Origin: Opitutales bacterium
GTDB taxonomy: Bacteria; Verrucomicrobiota; Verrucomicrobiia; Opitutales; UBA2995
Direction: 5' to 3'
Assembly (NCBI GenBank): GCA_965204545.1
Contig: CBDBFA010000003.1
Span: 2,658,357-2,690,356 of the forward strand
DNA length: 32,000 nt
A model generated the notes under the pieces. It worked only from the letters and a program-made list of their open reading frames with translations. It did not search any database and was not told where the DNA came from. A program made the translations under genes and the position numbers. Numbering within the stretch: position 1 is the first letter of the stretch; each line of letters begins with the position of its first letter. Shown in pieces: positions 7,347 to 15,655 of the stretch.

Positions 7347-9077
7347 CTAAGTGGCGATCCAGACGAAGCCGGCGATCAGGCTTATCACGCCGATCCAACC
7401 GGCGGTGAAGCCGAGGATGGCGACTTTGGAAGGCATGGGGATTTCCAGCCCGAATGCGGTGGTGAGCATTTTGCGTTGGGCGGGCGATACCCCATCGGGC
7501 AATTGGCATGGGGTGACAATTTCTTCACCCTCGGCGATAGGAGTCCGGGTGAGTTGATAGTAGCGGTCGAGCCGTTCCTCGTCTACCGGGCGGGAGAGAA
7601 GACTGACCACAACTCCGGCAGCGATAGCGCAGACCATGTAAAAAACAATGAGCCAGGGTTCATACATCTCGAGGTTGTCCGGCGGTCCATGGGTGAGGTG
7701 CAGCGCTTCCGCAAAAGGCAGAGTGTACAACCATTCGGCAAAGAAGGTTCTTTCCGCCAGCCACCAAGCCGCGAAGGCGGTCAAGGTGCTGGCCCAAGCC
7801 CCGGCAGGAGTGGCTTTTCTCCAAAGCAAACCCATCCAGAAGGCGATCCCCATCATGGGCAGTATCTTGAGCCATATCATCAGTCCGGCTATGACCCCGG
7901 ACAGCCAGAAGGCGAAAACAACTCCCGCAACCACGATGGCGACCGCTCCGAGGCGACCGACCCAAAGGTAATGCGGAATGCTCTCGTTCTGGCGAAAGGG
8001 TCGATACAGGTTTTCAGTGAAAAGCGCGGCGGCGGATATCATGAAGGAATCACAGGAACTCATGATGCCGGCCAACAGGGATGCGATGAATACCCCCAGG
8101 AGACCGACCGGGAGAAACTGCCGGGCCATATCGCCGTAAACGCTGTCGGGATGGATTGAATCCAGATTTACGCCCTGCTGAATATACAAAGCCAACGCCC
8201 CGATACCGGTCAAACACCAGGCTACCGTGCAGATGCGCTTTATAAAGGTGCCGGTCATGTAGCCGAGGCGTCCTTCCATTTCCGTTTTTCCAGCGGCCGA
8301 ATTCCCCATGGCGCTGGGGAGAGCGACGATGCCGACAATGACCTGGAAGGAAACCATGAGTATCCAAAACAGTCCGATCTCACCGGGCGCGACCAGGGAA
8401 AGCTTCTCAGGATGATCCACAGCCAAGGTAGCTTTGACACCGCTCAGACCTCCCGCCGCGGCCAAGACGTAGGGCAAGAGCATGAAGGAGAAAAGCAGGG
8501 TGAGCACCCCTTGGATAAAATCCGTGACCACTGCGGCGCCCAGCCCCCCGGCCAGACCATAGGTGACGAACAGAACCGAGGTGACGACGATGGCCAGGTT
8601 GGCGTCGATAGCTCCACCGGTGCCGGCATCGATCAAGGCGCCTGTGCCCTTCAACAAGAGGCCGATCTTGGCTATCATGCTGAGGATGCCGACCAGGGCG
8701 AACAGGAAGGATACGCTTCGGTCGTAACGGAGCTCAAATACGTCGGCCGTAGTGGTGGCCCGAAACCTCCGCATGATGGGGGCAATGATCCAGAAAAAGG
8801 GTGTAACCAGGAGCCACAACCACTGGTACCAGATTCCGGAGAGGCCGCTGCGCACCGTGCCCGAGGCCACGGTTACGGCCTGGTCGGATGCGGTGCCGGT
8901 GCCAAAGGCATGCATGATCATCATGACTTTTCCGAAGCGCCGGGGCATGAAGAAATCGGCCGACCGTTTTACCTGCTTGCCGGTATGAACCCCCAGGAGG
9001 GTGATCCCCAGCAGGTAGACTACAATAACCGTGCCATCCAGCCAGTGGATGGCGGCGATGGGGAGGGAAAGGGACAC
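7347..9077 (-). CDS. Sodium:solute symporter family (SSS) transporter
   Basis: 576-aa ORF with a GTG start at 9077. It is a multi-pass hydrophobic protein with an SSS-type N-terminus (DGTVIVVYLLGITLLGVHTGKQVKRSADFFMPRRFG). First gene of the minus-strand operon. Confidence 0.8.
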   Translation of the reverse strand: MSLSLPIAAIHWLDGTVIVVYLLGITLLGVHTGKQVKRSADFFMPRRFGKVMMIMHAFGTGTASDQAVTVASGTVRSGLSGIWYQWLWLLVTPFFWIIAPIMRRFRATTTADVFELRYDRSVSFLFALVGILSMIAKIGLLLKGTGALIDAGTGGAIDANLAIVVTSVLFVTYGLAGGLGAAVVTDFIQGVLTLLFSFMLLPYVLAAAGGLSGVKATLAVDHPEKLSLVAPGEIGLFWILMVSFQVIVGIVALPSAMGNSAAGKTEMEGRLGYMTGTFIKRICTVAWCLTGIGALALYIQQGVNLDSIHPDSVYGDMARQFLPVGLLGVFIASLLAGIMSSCDSFMISAAALFTENLYRPFRQNESIPHYLWVGRLGAVAIVVAGVVFAFWLSGVIAGLMIWLKILPMMGIAFWMGLLWRKATPAGAWASTLTAFAAWWLAERTFFAEWLYTLPFAEALHLTHGPPDNLEMYEPWLIVFYMVCAIAAGVVVSLLSRPVDEERLDRYYQLTRTPIAEGEEIVTPCQLPDGVSPAQRKMLTTAFGLEIPMPSKVAILGFTAGWIGVISLIAGFVWIAT

Positions 9078-9490
9078 TTTGGACGGGTGGTTCGGCTCAG
9101 CTACTCCGTGGTCGGTTGATTCGGGCAGCGATGCAAGTGAAATAAAACACCCTATCCCGGAAAATAAATGAAAAAAGGATTATTGGGCCGCGAATCCTCG
9201 TATGGGGTCATTCCTTGCAATCTTGACGCAGCTTGCTACATCCGAAGGGGTCACTCCTGGATTTTCAACCTGGGGACATGTCAAAAATCAAGGAACTGAC
9301 CCTGACTGACGTGCATAACATATTTCTCTACAACCCCGCCAAACCAGGGCCATATGGGATAAAATCAATATATGACTTGAAATTCGGCGGTGAATTCTAT
9401 CAGGTCGGAGGCGTTGCAAGCGCTGTTTTCTCCCCGGTTTTCTGAGGGCACATCGGTGGGCAATTTAAATGAATCAGGTTAGGGTTCCCA

Positions 9491-11152
9491 GTGGCTCATT
9501 TTTTGGAATACTCCGTGCGGAAAAGACTTCTCATTCTTCTGCTGGCTCTGGTTAGCCCTGTCCATTTGCCAGCCGTGGTGGGACCCCGATCGGAGGCGGT
9601 CGATCCGGACCAATACGGACAGGTCTTTTACGTCGATAGAGGATCCGGAGACGACGTGGTTGGCGATGGTTCGATATCAAAACCCTGGGCCAGCATCATA
9701 CACGCGCTGGAGCATTCCGGCTTTGCCACCTCGGACCATCGGGTGGCGGTGCTCGTTTCCAGGGGTCGCTACCTGCAACCGACCTTCGTCCTGCGCCCCC
9801 ACGTCGACTTGTATGGCGGCTACGCCAGACCCGGAGGCGAACGCAACATCTACGCCCACGCCTCGGTATTGGATGGAAATGGGGACCGCCGGATCGTTTT
9901 TGGGGCCGATCAGGCTCGGCTGGACGGCTTTCATCTGGTAGATGCGCGCGTTCGCGGGAAGGGGGCCGCCCTTCATTGCGACGGCGTTTCTCCGACCATA
10001 ATCAATTGTATCTTCGTCAACAACCGCACCCTGATCCCGGATCCATGGGACCCGCCTCTCCTTCATGAGACCGGCAATGACGGAGGAGCGGTCATGATCC
10101 TGAACGGAGCCAAGCCCGAAATTTCGCACAACTATTTTTTCAACAACTCCACCGAGTGTGGTCGAGGCGGCGCGTTGGCGGTCGATATTGGGGCCGATCC
10201 GATGGTGAAGAACAATGTTTTTGCCAACAACCGGGCCGGCTTGGACGATCCCATGCGCAGTAGCGATGGGGGAGCCGTATCCTGGTTTGACGGGTCGGCC
10301 GGGGAATTTTCCGGCAACGTTATCGTAGCCAATTCCTCCTTGGCAAACAACGACGCGGGCGGCGTTTTCGTGGCGCTGTGGGCCGCGCCGGTCGTTTCAT
10401 CCAATATCTTTGTGGGCAACTACAGCGACGACGACGCGGGCGGGCTCTTTAGCGGAGGGCAGGAACACCGTTACGATGCCCCCTTGGACCCTTATCCGGC
10501 CAAGGATCGATACAACCTCCTGGTGGAGGACAATGTCTTTGTGGGAAACCGCAACTCCGCGGACAACTCTGGAGCCATGCGGATTACCATGGAATCACGG
10601 GCTCATTTTGTCGGGAACGTGGTAGCTGAGAACCACGGCGGCATGTATCTGCAACGCTCCGAGATAATGGCGGAGAACAATACGGTTTGGCAGGATTGGA
10701 AGTTCCTGGAGGACAAGGAATCCCTCGCACCCAGTTATTTTTCGGGAAACGTGCTCAAAGGACCGGTCGGGCCGATCGAAGCTCGGGTGACGTTTGAGGG
10801 AAACATGGTGGAATCATCGGTGAGGGATGGGAATCGTATCCCCATTGCCGATATTTTTCAGGATGATGCTCTCAGTGGGGAAATTCTATTCCTATCCTTC
10901 AATTCTCAAACATACTCGACGGTTCTGAAAACAGCGGAGTCCCTGCCCTCCGATTTGGCCGGCCGTCCCGTGCGCCTGAGTGAAGATCACGAGGATGGCC
11001 AGTGGCGGGTGATCAAGTCCTCCGGCGGTCGCCGGATGGAAGTCTGGGGCGCGGTCCAAACCACTACTGGCGGGGTGAACGCCTACGATGTTATCCGCAC
11101 TTTTACTTTGAAAGAGGGCGCGCCCAAAGGTGTGGGCGCTGGATCCCTTTAA
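9491..11152 (+). CDS. Secreted right-handed parallel beta-helix repeat protein (candidate polysaccharide lyase/hydrolase)
   Basis: 553 aa with a GTG start. The signal-like segment is RKRLLILLLALVSPVHLPA. Repeated beta-helix rungs are present: INCIFVNNR, HNYFFNNS, NNVFANNRAG, GNVIVANSSLANNDAGG, SNIFVGNYSDDDAGG, DNVFVGNRNSADNSG, GNVVAENHGG. Confidence 0.7.
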   Translation: MAHFLEYSVRKRLLILLLALVSPVHLPAVVGPRSEAVDPDQYGQVFYVDRGSGDDVVGDGSISKPWASIIHALEHSGFATSDHRVAVLVSRGRYLQPTFVLRPHVDLYGGYARPGGERNIYAHASVLDGNGDRRIVFGADQARLDGFHLVDARVRGKGAALHCDGVSPTIINCIFVNNRTLIPDPWDPPLLHETGNDGGAVMILNGAKPEISHNYFFNNSTECGRGGALAVDIGADPMVKNNVFANNRAGLDDPMRSSDGGAVSWFDGSAGEFSGNVIVANSSLANNDAGGVFVALWAAPVVSSNIFVGNYSDDDAGGLFSGGQEHRYDAPLDPYPAKDRYNLLVEDNVFVGNRNSADNSGAMRITMESRAHFVGNVVAENHGGMYLQRSEIMAENNTVWQDWKFLEDKESLAPSYFSGNVLKGPVGPIEARVTFEGNMVESSVRDGNRIPIADIFQDDALSGEILFLSFNSQTYSTVLKTAESLPSDLAGRPVRLSEDHEDGQWRVIKSSGGRRMEVWGAVQTTTGGVNAYDVIRTFTLKEGAPKGVGAGSL

Positions 11153-11171
11153 TCGACCAACCCCGTCTGTC

Positions 11172-12161
11172 ATGATGTCATGCGTGTTTCGAGTTCCCTG
11201 TTTTCTGGCCGCTTTCGCGGCGGCTTCCTGTATTGGGGCGGAGTACTCCGGTCCCAAGCGCCTCAACAAAGCCATTGAGTTGTTGGAGGCGGGCCAACCC
11301 ATTTACTATACCTACGGCGCTCGTGGAAGCGACGCACCGCGCACCGGAGAAGAAATGTTCGAGCTGGGGAAATCCCTGTCCAAGACCTGGGCCGATCTGA
11401 TCATGTACGACATGGAGCACTCCGCCCTGGATTTCAATCTCCTGCGGTCCTTCATGTCCGGGTTGCTGGAGGGAGGACCAACTCCGAGCGGACACCGTAC
11501 ACCGGCCGTGGTCGTGACCTTGCCATTGATGGGCCTGGACCCCCAATCGGTGAAGATCAACGGCTGGATGGTTCAGCAGGCCCTCTCGGCCGGTATCCAC
11601 GGTGTACATTTGTGCCGGGCCCGCGACCCCGAGGCGGTGCGGGAGTTTGTCCGGCAAGCCCGCTACCCCGTGCATCGACAGGGACTCGATCTCAAAGGGG
11701 GGCTCAAGGAAGGTGTCCGCGGTATGGGCAGCGATGGTTTTGCCAGAAAGATCTGGGGGCTTACCCGCGAGGAATACTTTACGGTGGCCGATACCTGGCC
11801 CTTGAACCCCCGGGGGGAAATCATGCTGGGAGTGAAGATCGAGGATCCTCATGCCCTGCGCAACTGCGAGGCGACCGCGGCGGTGGCGGGACTTGCCTTT
11901 GTCGAGTCGGGCCCGCGCGACATGGGTTTGTCTTACGGATTCCTGGAGGGAAGGGCCGATCCCCCTTTGTCTCCCGAGGTCTTGGCGGCCAATGAGCGCG
12001 TTCTGGCCGCGGCGGACGTGGCCGGTGTGGCTTTTCTCAATAATGTTCTTCCCGACAACGTAATTTCCGGTATCGAGGGAGGAATCGATATAGCGGCCGG
12101 GGGCAGCCGGGAGGCGGCGGAGATCGGTCGCAAACACACGGGGCGGGTGATGCCCTGGTAA
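11172..12161 (+). CDS. HpcH/HpaI-family aldolase with an N-terminal signal/lipoprotein-like sequence
   Basis: Family pattern: LIMYDMEHSALD, ARYP...GVRGMG, MLGVKIEDPHAL, FVESGPRDMGLSYG. The start is placed at ATG 11172 (MMSCVFRVPCFLAAFAAASC-), after the upstream stop at 11152. Confidence 0.65.
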   Translation: MMSCVFRVPCFLAAFAAASCIGAEYSGPKRLNKAIELLEAGQPIYYTYGARGSDAPRTGEEMFELGKSLSKTWADLIMYDMEHSALDFNLLRSFMSGLLEGGPTPSGHRTPAVVVTLPLMGLDPQSVKINGWMVQQALSAGIHGVHLCRARDPEAVREFVRQARYPVHRQGLDLKGGLKEGVRGMGSDGFARKIWGLTREEYFTVADTWPLNPRGEIMLGVKIEDPHALRNCEATAAVAGLAFVESGPRDMGLSYGFLEGRADPPLSPEVLAANERVLAAADVAGVAFLNNVLPDNVISGIEGGIDIAAGGSREAAEIGRKHTGRVMPW

Positions 12162-12180
12162 GGAAATCGGGGGTTCTGTC

Positions 12181-13764
12181 ATGGAGTTGGCTTTTATCGA
12201 TTGGCTGGTAGTTTTCATCTACCTGGCGAGTATAGCCAGTATCGGTCTTTATGTCTCCCGTGGACAGCGGACCGTACGCAAATTTTTCACGGCGGACCGT
12301 TCCATCCCGTCCTGGGCGGTGGGGTTCACCCTGATGGCTACCATCGTGGGGAGCGGCACCTTTGTGGGACACCCCGGCACCGCCTACGGCAAAGGGATGA
12401 TACTGTTCCTCCCGCACATGTTGCTGCCGTTGGTGCTCCTGATAGTCGCGGTGTGGATCGTGCCCTTTTACCGGCGGGTGGTGCAGATGAGCGCCTACGA
12501 ATTTGTCGGCCGCCGGTTCGGACTGGGAAGTCGCATCTACACCTCGCTGGGATTTCTGGCCGACCGCACCTTCGACCTCGGAGTGACGCTGGTGACGACG
12601 GGCATAGCCCTGTATGTTTTTACTGGTTGGGACCCCATGCATGTCATTTTAGGCACCGGTCTGTTCACCTTGATTTACACCATGATCGGGGGCATCACGG
12701 CGGTGGCCTGGACCAACGTGGCTCAGGGAATCATTTTGTCGGGCGGAGCCGCGCTCATTCTGATCCGGGTCCTGTTTGCTCCGGAGATCGGGGATCCGGC
12801 GGGCATCATCAAGTCTTCCTGGGAAGCGGGCCGTTACAGTTTCGGTTCCTGGGAGTTTTCCTGGCGCATGCTCTTCGACCGGGAGACCACCACCATCTGG
12901 ATATTCTTCTTTGCATACTTCATTCAGTGGAGCCGCCGCTATATCACCGACCAGCACATCGTGCAGAACTACCTCATCGGCGAGTCGGACAAGGCGGCCA
13001 GCCGCGGCGCCTTGATGGGGGCGTTTTGCTGCCTGCCCATATTCTTCGCCTTCATGTTCATCGGGGGCAGTTTCTATGGTTTCTTCGATCTGATGCCCGG
13101 TGATGCCGGACCCGTCAAGGCGGATGAAGTCATGCCGTATTTTCTTTCCCACTACATTCCGGCGGGGGTATTGGGATTGATATTGGCCGCAATCCTGGCC
13201 GCGGCCATGTCCTCGGTGAGCGCCGATCTCAACAGTATCGCAACGGTCCTGACCACCGACTACTTCGGAAATATCTTTCCCAAAGTGAAAGAGAGAACCC
13301 GGCTCATATGCGGGAGGCTCTTTGTAATGATCGGGGGCTTATCAGCCTCCACCATTGCGATACTGCTGCTTCCCAAGGATGGATCGGTCCCCCTAATGGA
13401 ACGGGCCATAACCATTGCCACCATCATATCGGGCGGTACCCTGGGATTATTCTGTCTCGGTTTTCTGACCCGGCGCGCCACCCGCACAGGGGTCTATTAC
13501 GGAATTGCAGCATGTGTGATCTTTACCTCCTGGGCCCTCTTGTCCAAACCCGACGGGGAGGGCCAACGCATCCTGGATTTCGGGTTCAATTGGGAAATGA
13601 ATTCCATGCTCATCGGCCTGTTCGGTCACTTCATACTCTTTGGCGTGGGTTACCTGACAAGCCGCCTCTTCGGAGGTTACCGGCCGGCCTATGTGGAGGA
13701 ATTGACCATTCATCAAGTGAGAAAGCTGAGAAGAGATGAGGCGGAAAAGGCGCAAAAAACATAA
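12181..13764 (+). CDS. Sodium:solute symporter family (SSS) transporter
   Basis: 527 aa with an ATG start. The N-terminus is SSS-like (IDWLVVFIYLASIASIGLYVSRGQRTVRKFFTADRSIP), and about 13 hydrophobic segments follow. Confidence 0.8.
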   Translation: MELAFIDWLVVFIYLASIASIGLYVSRGQRTVRKFFTADRSIPSWAVGFTLMATIVGSGTFVGHPGTAYGKGMILFLPHMLLPLVLLIVAVWIVPFYRRVVQMSAYEFVGRRFGLGSRIYTSLGFLADRTFDLGVTLVTTGIALYVFTGWDPMHVILGTGLFTLIYTMIGGITAVAWTNVAQGIILSGGAALILIRVLFAPEIGDPAGIIKSSWEAGRYSFGSWEFSWRMLFDRETTTIWIFFFAYFIQWSRRYITDQHIVQNYLIGESDKAASRGALMGAFCCLPIFFAFMFIGGSFYGFFDLMPGDAGPVKADEVMPYFLSHYIPAGVLGLILAAILAAAMSSVSADLNSIATVLTTDYFGNIFPKVKERTRLICGRLFVMIGGLSASTIAILLLPKDGSVPLMERAITIATIISGGTLGLFCLGFLTRRATRTGVYYGIAACVIFTSWALLSKPDGEGQRILDFGFNWEMNSMLIGLFGHFILFGVGYLTSRLFGGYRPAYVEELTIHQVRKLRRDEAEKAQKT

Positions 13765-13772
13765 AAAGGAGT

Positions 13773-13809
13773 CTCTCGCAAAGCCGCCAAGAAGCAAAGG
13801 ACGCAAAGA
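13773..13809 (+). repeat. TIR-L of GxxExxY cassette (CTCTCGCAAAG/CGCCAAG box)
   Basis: See the cassette entry. The same box family occurs at 1043, 1432(rc), 3762, 22024(rc, degenerate), 22182(rc), 24102, 24294 and 25757. Confidence 0.9.
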
Positions 13810-14193
13810 ATGGATGAGAATTCAATTGGTAAGGTAGTTGTGGATGCGACTATTGCAGTGCATCGTGAGGTTGGTCCGGGATTGTTGGAGACCGTTTACG
13901 AATTGGTTCTGCTGGACGAACTGCAAAACCGGGGGTTGGTTGCTAAGCGCCAAGTACCCATCCCTATCCACATCCGTGGAATTCAATTCGATGAAGCATT
14001 CCGCGCTGACATCATAGTCGAAAACAAGGTCATTTTAGAATTGAAGTGCGTCGAGAAGACCAGCCCTGCACATAAGAAGCAACTTCTGACCTATTTAAAG
14101 CTCAGCGGAATGAAACTAGGGTATCTATTAAATTTTGCAGAAGCGATGATGAAGGACGGAATTACTCGGACCGTAAATGGGCTGCCTGAATAA
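13810..14193 (+). CDS. GxxExxY protein (PD-(D/E)XK nuclease-fold, TIGR04256-type)
   Basis: 127 aa. The name-giving motif G-LL-E-TV-Y occurs in GPGLLETVYE, and a PD-(D/E)XK-like RADIIVENKVILELK core follows. The gene is visibly AT-richer than its neighbours (by eye). Confidence 0.85.
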   Translation: MDENSIGKVVVDATIAVHREVGPGLLETVYELVLLDELQNRGLVAKRQVPIPIHIRGIQFDEAFRADIIVENKVILELKCVEKTSPAHKKQLLTYLKLSGMKLGYLLNFAEAMMKDGITRTVNGLPE

Positions 14194-14198
14194 TAGAA

Positions 14199-14235
14199 TC
14201 TTTGCGAACTTTGCCTCTTGGCGGCTTGGCGAGAG
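14199..14235 (-). repeat. TIR-R of GxxExxY cassette
   Basis: Its outer 19 nt (reverse complement CTCTCGCCAAGCCGCCAAG) are identical to 1043-1061 and to the reverse complement of 1446-1464. Confidence 0.9.
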
Positions 14236-14253
14236 GATATTCAAGAAGTGGAA

Positions 14254-15654
14254 ATGGCCACAAGAAGTACACAAAGCAAGGGACGGATTGGAATGAGGGC
14301 TAGGCATCCCAACATATTGCTGGTCATCGTCGATGATCTGTCGTCCTGCCAATTGGGTTGTTACGGTAGCGGGTACTACGAGACTCCGCATCTCGATGCT
14401 TTTGCCGGCAAGGGAATCCGCTTCGACCGGGCCTACGCCACGGGGCCGGTTTGCTCTCCGGCCCGGGCCGGGATTTACACGGGGCGCCATCCGGCCCGTC
14501 TGCATTTGACCAACTACATCCCCGGCACCGTTCCCGCCAATCCTCGTTTGATTACCCCGGATTGGCAAAAAGGACTGCCGGTTCACGAGCAAACCCTGGG
14601 AGACGTGTTCAAGGCTCATGGATACGAAACCGCTCACATTGGGAAATGGCACCTGGGGCAGGATTACCATTACCGGAGGCACCGGCCCATGGATCCGGAA
14701 TCCCATGGATTCGACGAAGTTTTTGTCACGCTAAAGCCGAAGCCCCACTTCGATCCCGAGGACGATGCCCACAATGTGCAGAAACTGACGGACCGGACCA
14801 TAGAGTTTCTCCGGCGGCCCCGCGACAAGCCTTTCCTGTGTGTGTTGGCTCACAACACCATTCACCGTCCGGAGATGGCTCCGTCGACTTATCTGGAACG
14901 CTTTGAAAACAAGGTTCCCCGGGAAAATGAGTGGATTCATCCAACCCAGGCGGCCATGGTGGCGGAGTTGGACGATGCGTTTGGTCGGTTGATGGAGGCT
15001 CTGGACCAGTCGGGTGGGCGTGAGGACACCATTGTCGTTTTTACCTCCGATCACGGCGCCTATGCCGACAGCGACGTTCGCAAACCCTGGCGAGGGGCCA
15101 AATCCGACCTCTATGAGGGCGGGCTTCGCGTGCCCTTCCTGATGCGGTGGCCCGGGGGCTTGGACGGGGGGCGCGTCTTTGAGGGAGCTGTTTCCCTGGC
15201 CGACCTGCTTCCCACATTGGCGGCCATGACGGGGGCGAGTTTACCGGAAGTAGAGCTGGATGGGATGAACCTGCTGCCCGTTATTTCCGGGGAAGGTGAA
15301 TTTGATGAGCCGAGAACTTTCTTCTGGCACTACCCGCACTATCATCACACCGGGCTCGGGCCTTGTGGTTCGGCCCTTCGCGGAAGACACAAGTTGATCG
15401 AATGGTTTGAAGGGAGTATGGGCAATTCAATCGAGGTTCCAGCTTTTGAACTCTTCGACCTGGAGGAGGATCCCTGGGAGGAAAACGACTTGGCCGGGGA
15501 ATATCCGGAGTTGGTGGAGACCCTGTCCGCCGCATTGCGGGACTGGCGCCGCCGGATCGGGGCTCAGGAAATGGCCCCGAATCCCCAATTTAATGAAGCG
15601 GCTGGCGGGCAGGCGTCCGAACCTCCGCCTGGCGACAGAATCCGAGCAATTTGA
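14254..15654 (+). CDS. Cys-type (formylglycine) sulfatase, no recognisable signal peptide
   Basis: Motifs: NILLVIVDDLSS and the C-x-P-x-R motif in GPVCSPARAGIYTGRHP; later VFTSDHG. The start is placed at ATG 14254 (MATRSTQSKG...); ATG 14293 is the alternative. The TTG at 14218 lies inside TIR-R. Confidence 0.8.
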   Translation: MATRSTQSKGRIGMRARHPNILLVIVDDLSSCQLGCYGSGYYETPHLDAFAGKGIRFDRAYATGPVCSPARAGIYTGRHPARLHLTNYIPGTVPANPRLITPDWQKGLPVHEQTLGDVFKAHGYETAHIGKWHLGQDYHYRRHRPMDPESHGFDEVFVTLKPKPHFDPEDDAHNVQKLTDRTIEFLRRPRDKPFLCVLAHNTIHRPEMAPSTYLERFENKVPRENEWIHPTQAAMVAELDDAFGRLMEALDQSGGREDTIVVFTSDHGAYADSDVRKPWRGAKSDLYEGGLRVPFLMRWPGGLDGGRVFEGAVSLADLLPTLAAMTGASLPEVELDGMNLLPVISGEGEFDEPRTFFWHYPHYHHTGLGPCGSALRGRHKLIEWFEGSMGNSIEVPAFELFDLEEDPWEENDLAGEYPELVETLSAALRDWRRRIGAQEMAPNPQFNEAAGGQASEPPPGDRIRAI

Positions 15655-15655
15655 A

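Larger units (their letters stand above)
13773..14235 (+). mobile_element. 463-bp cassette: GxxExxY gene bracketed by 37-bp imperfect terminal inverted repeats
   Basis: TIR-L 13773-13809 is CTCTCGCAAAGCCGCCAAGAAGCAAAGGACGCAAAGA. The reverse complement of TIR-R 14199-14235 is CTCTCGCCAAGCCGCCAAGAGGCAAAGTTCGCAAAGA. They match at 33/37 by hand alignment. The gene's ATG follows TIR-L directly, and TIR-R starts 5 nt after the stop. Mobility itself is inferred, not shown. Confidence 0.6.

Noticed and set aside
9215-9242. Sigma70-like hexamers TTGCAA (9215-9220) and TACATC (9237-9242) with a 16-nt spacer upstream of the beta-helix operon.
   Set aside because: The -10 match is weak, it lies about 250 nt from the start codon, and promoter consensus in this (presumed PVC) lineage is not established. 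This is not enough to annotate.
9233-9445. 70-aa ORF (internal ATG at 9278 giving MSKIKELTLTDVHN...) in the divergent control region.
   Set aside because: It has no recognisable family, a TTG first codon and no signal or TM features, and it lies where promoters are expected. It cannot be supported from sequence alone and might deserve a ribosome-profiling check.
15407-15655. N-terminal 83-codon extension of the Fe-ADH ORF in the track, and similar extensions: 5121-5480 for the PL22-like gene, 14218-14253 for the sulfatase, 11130-11171 for the aldolase, 25651-25680 for the ATPase and 7100-7123 for the DHDPS-family gene.
   Set aside because: The extensions overlap the preceding gene out of frame or are encoded by repeat words. 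Family-typical N-termini begin at the downstream starts chosen in the feature list.
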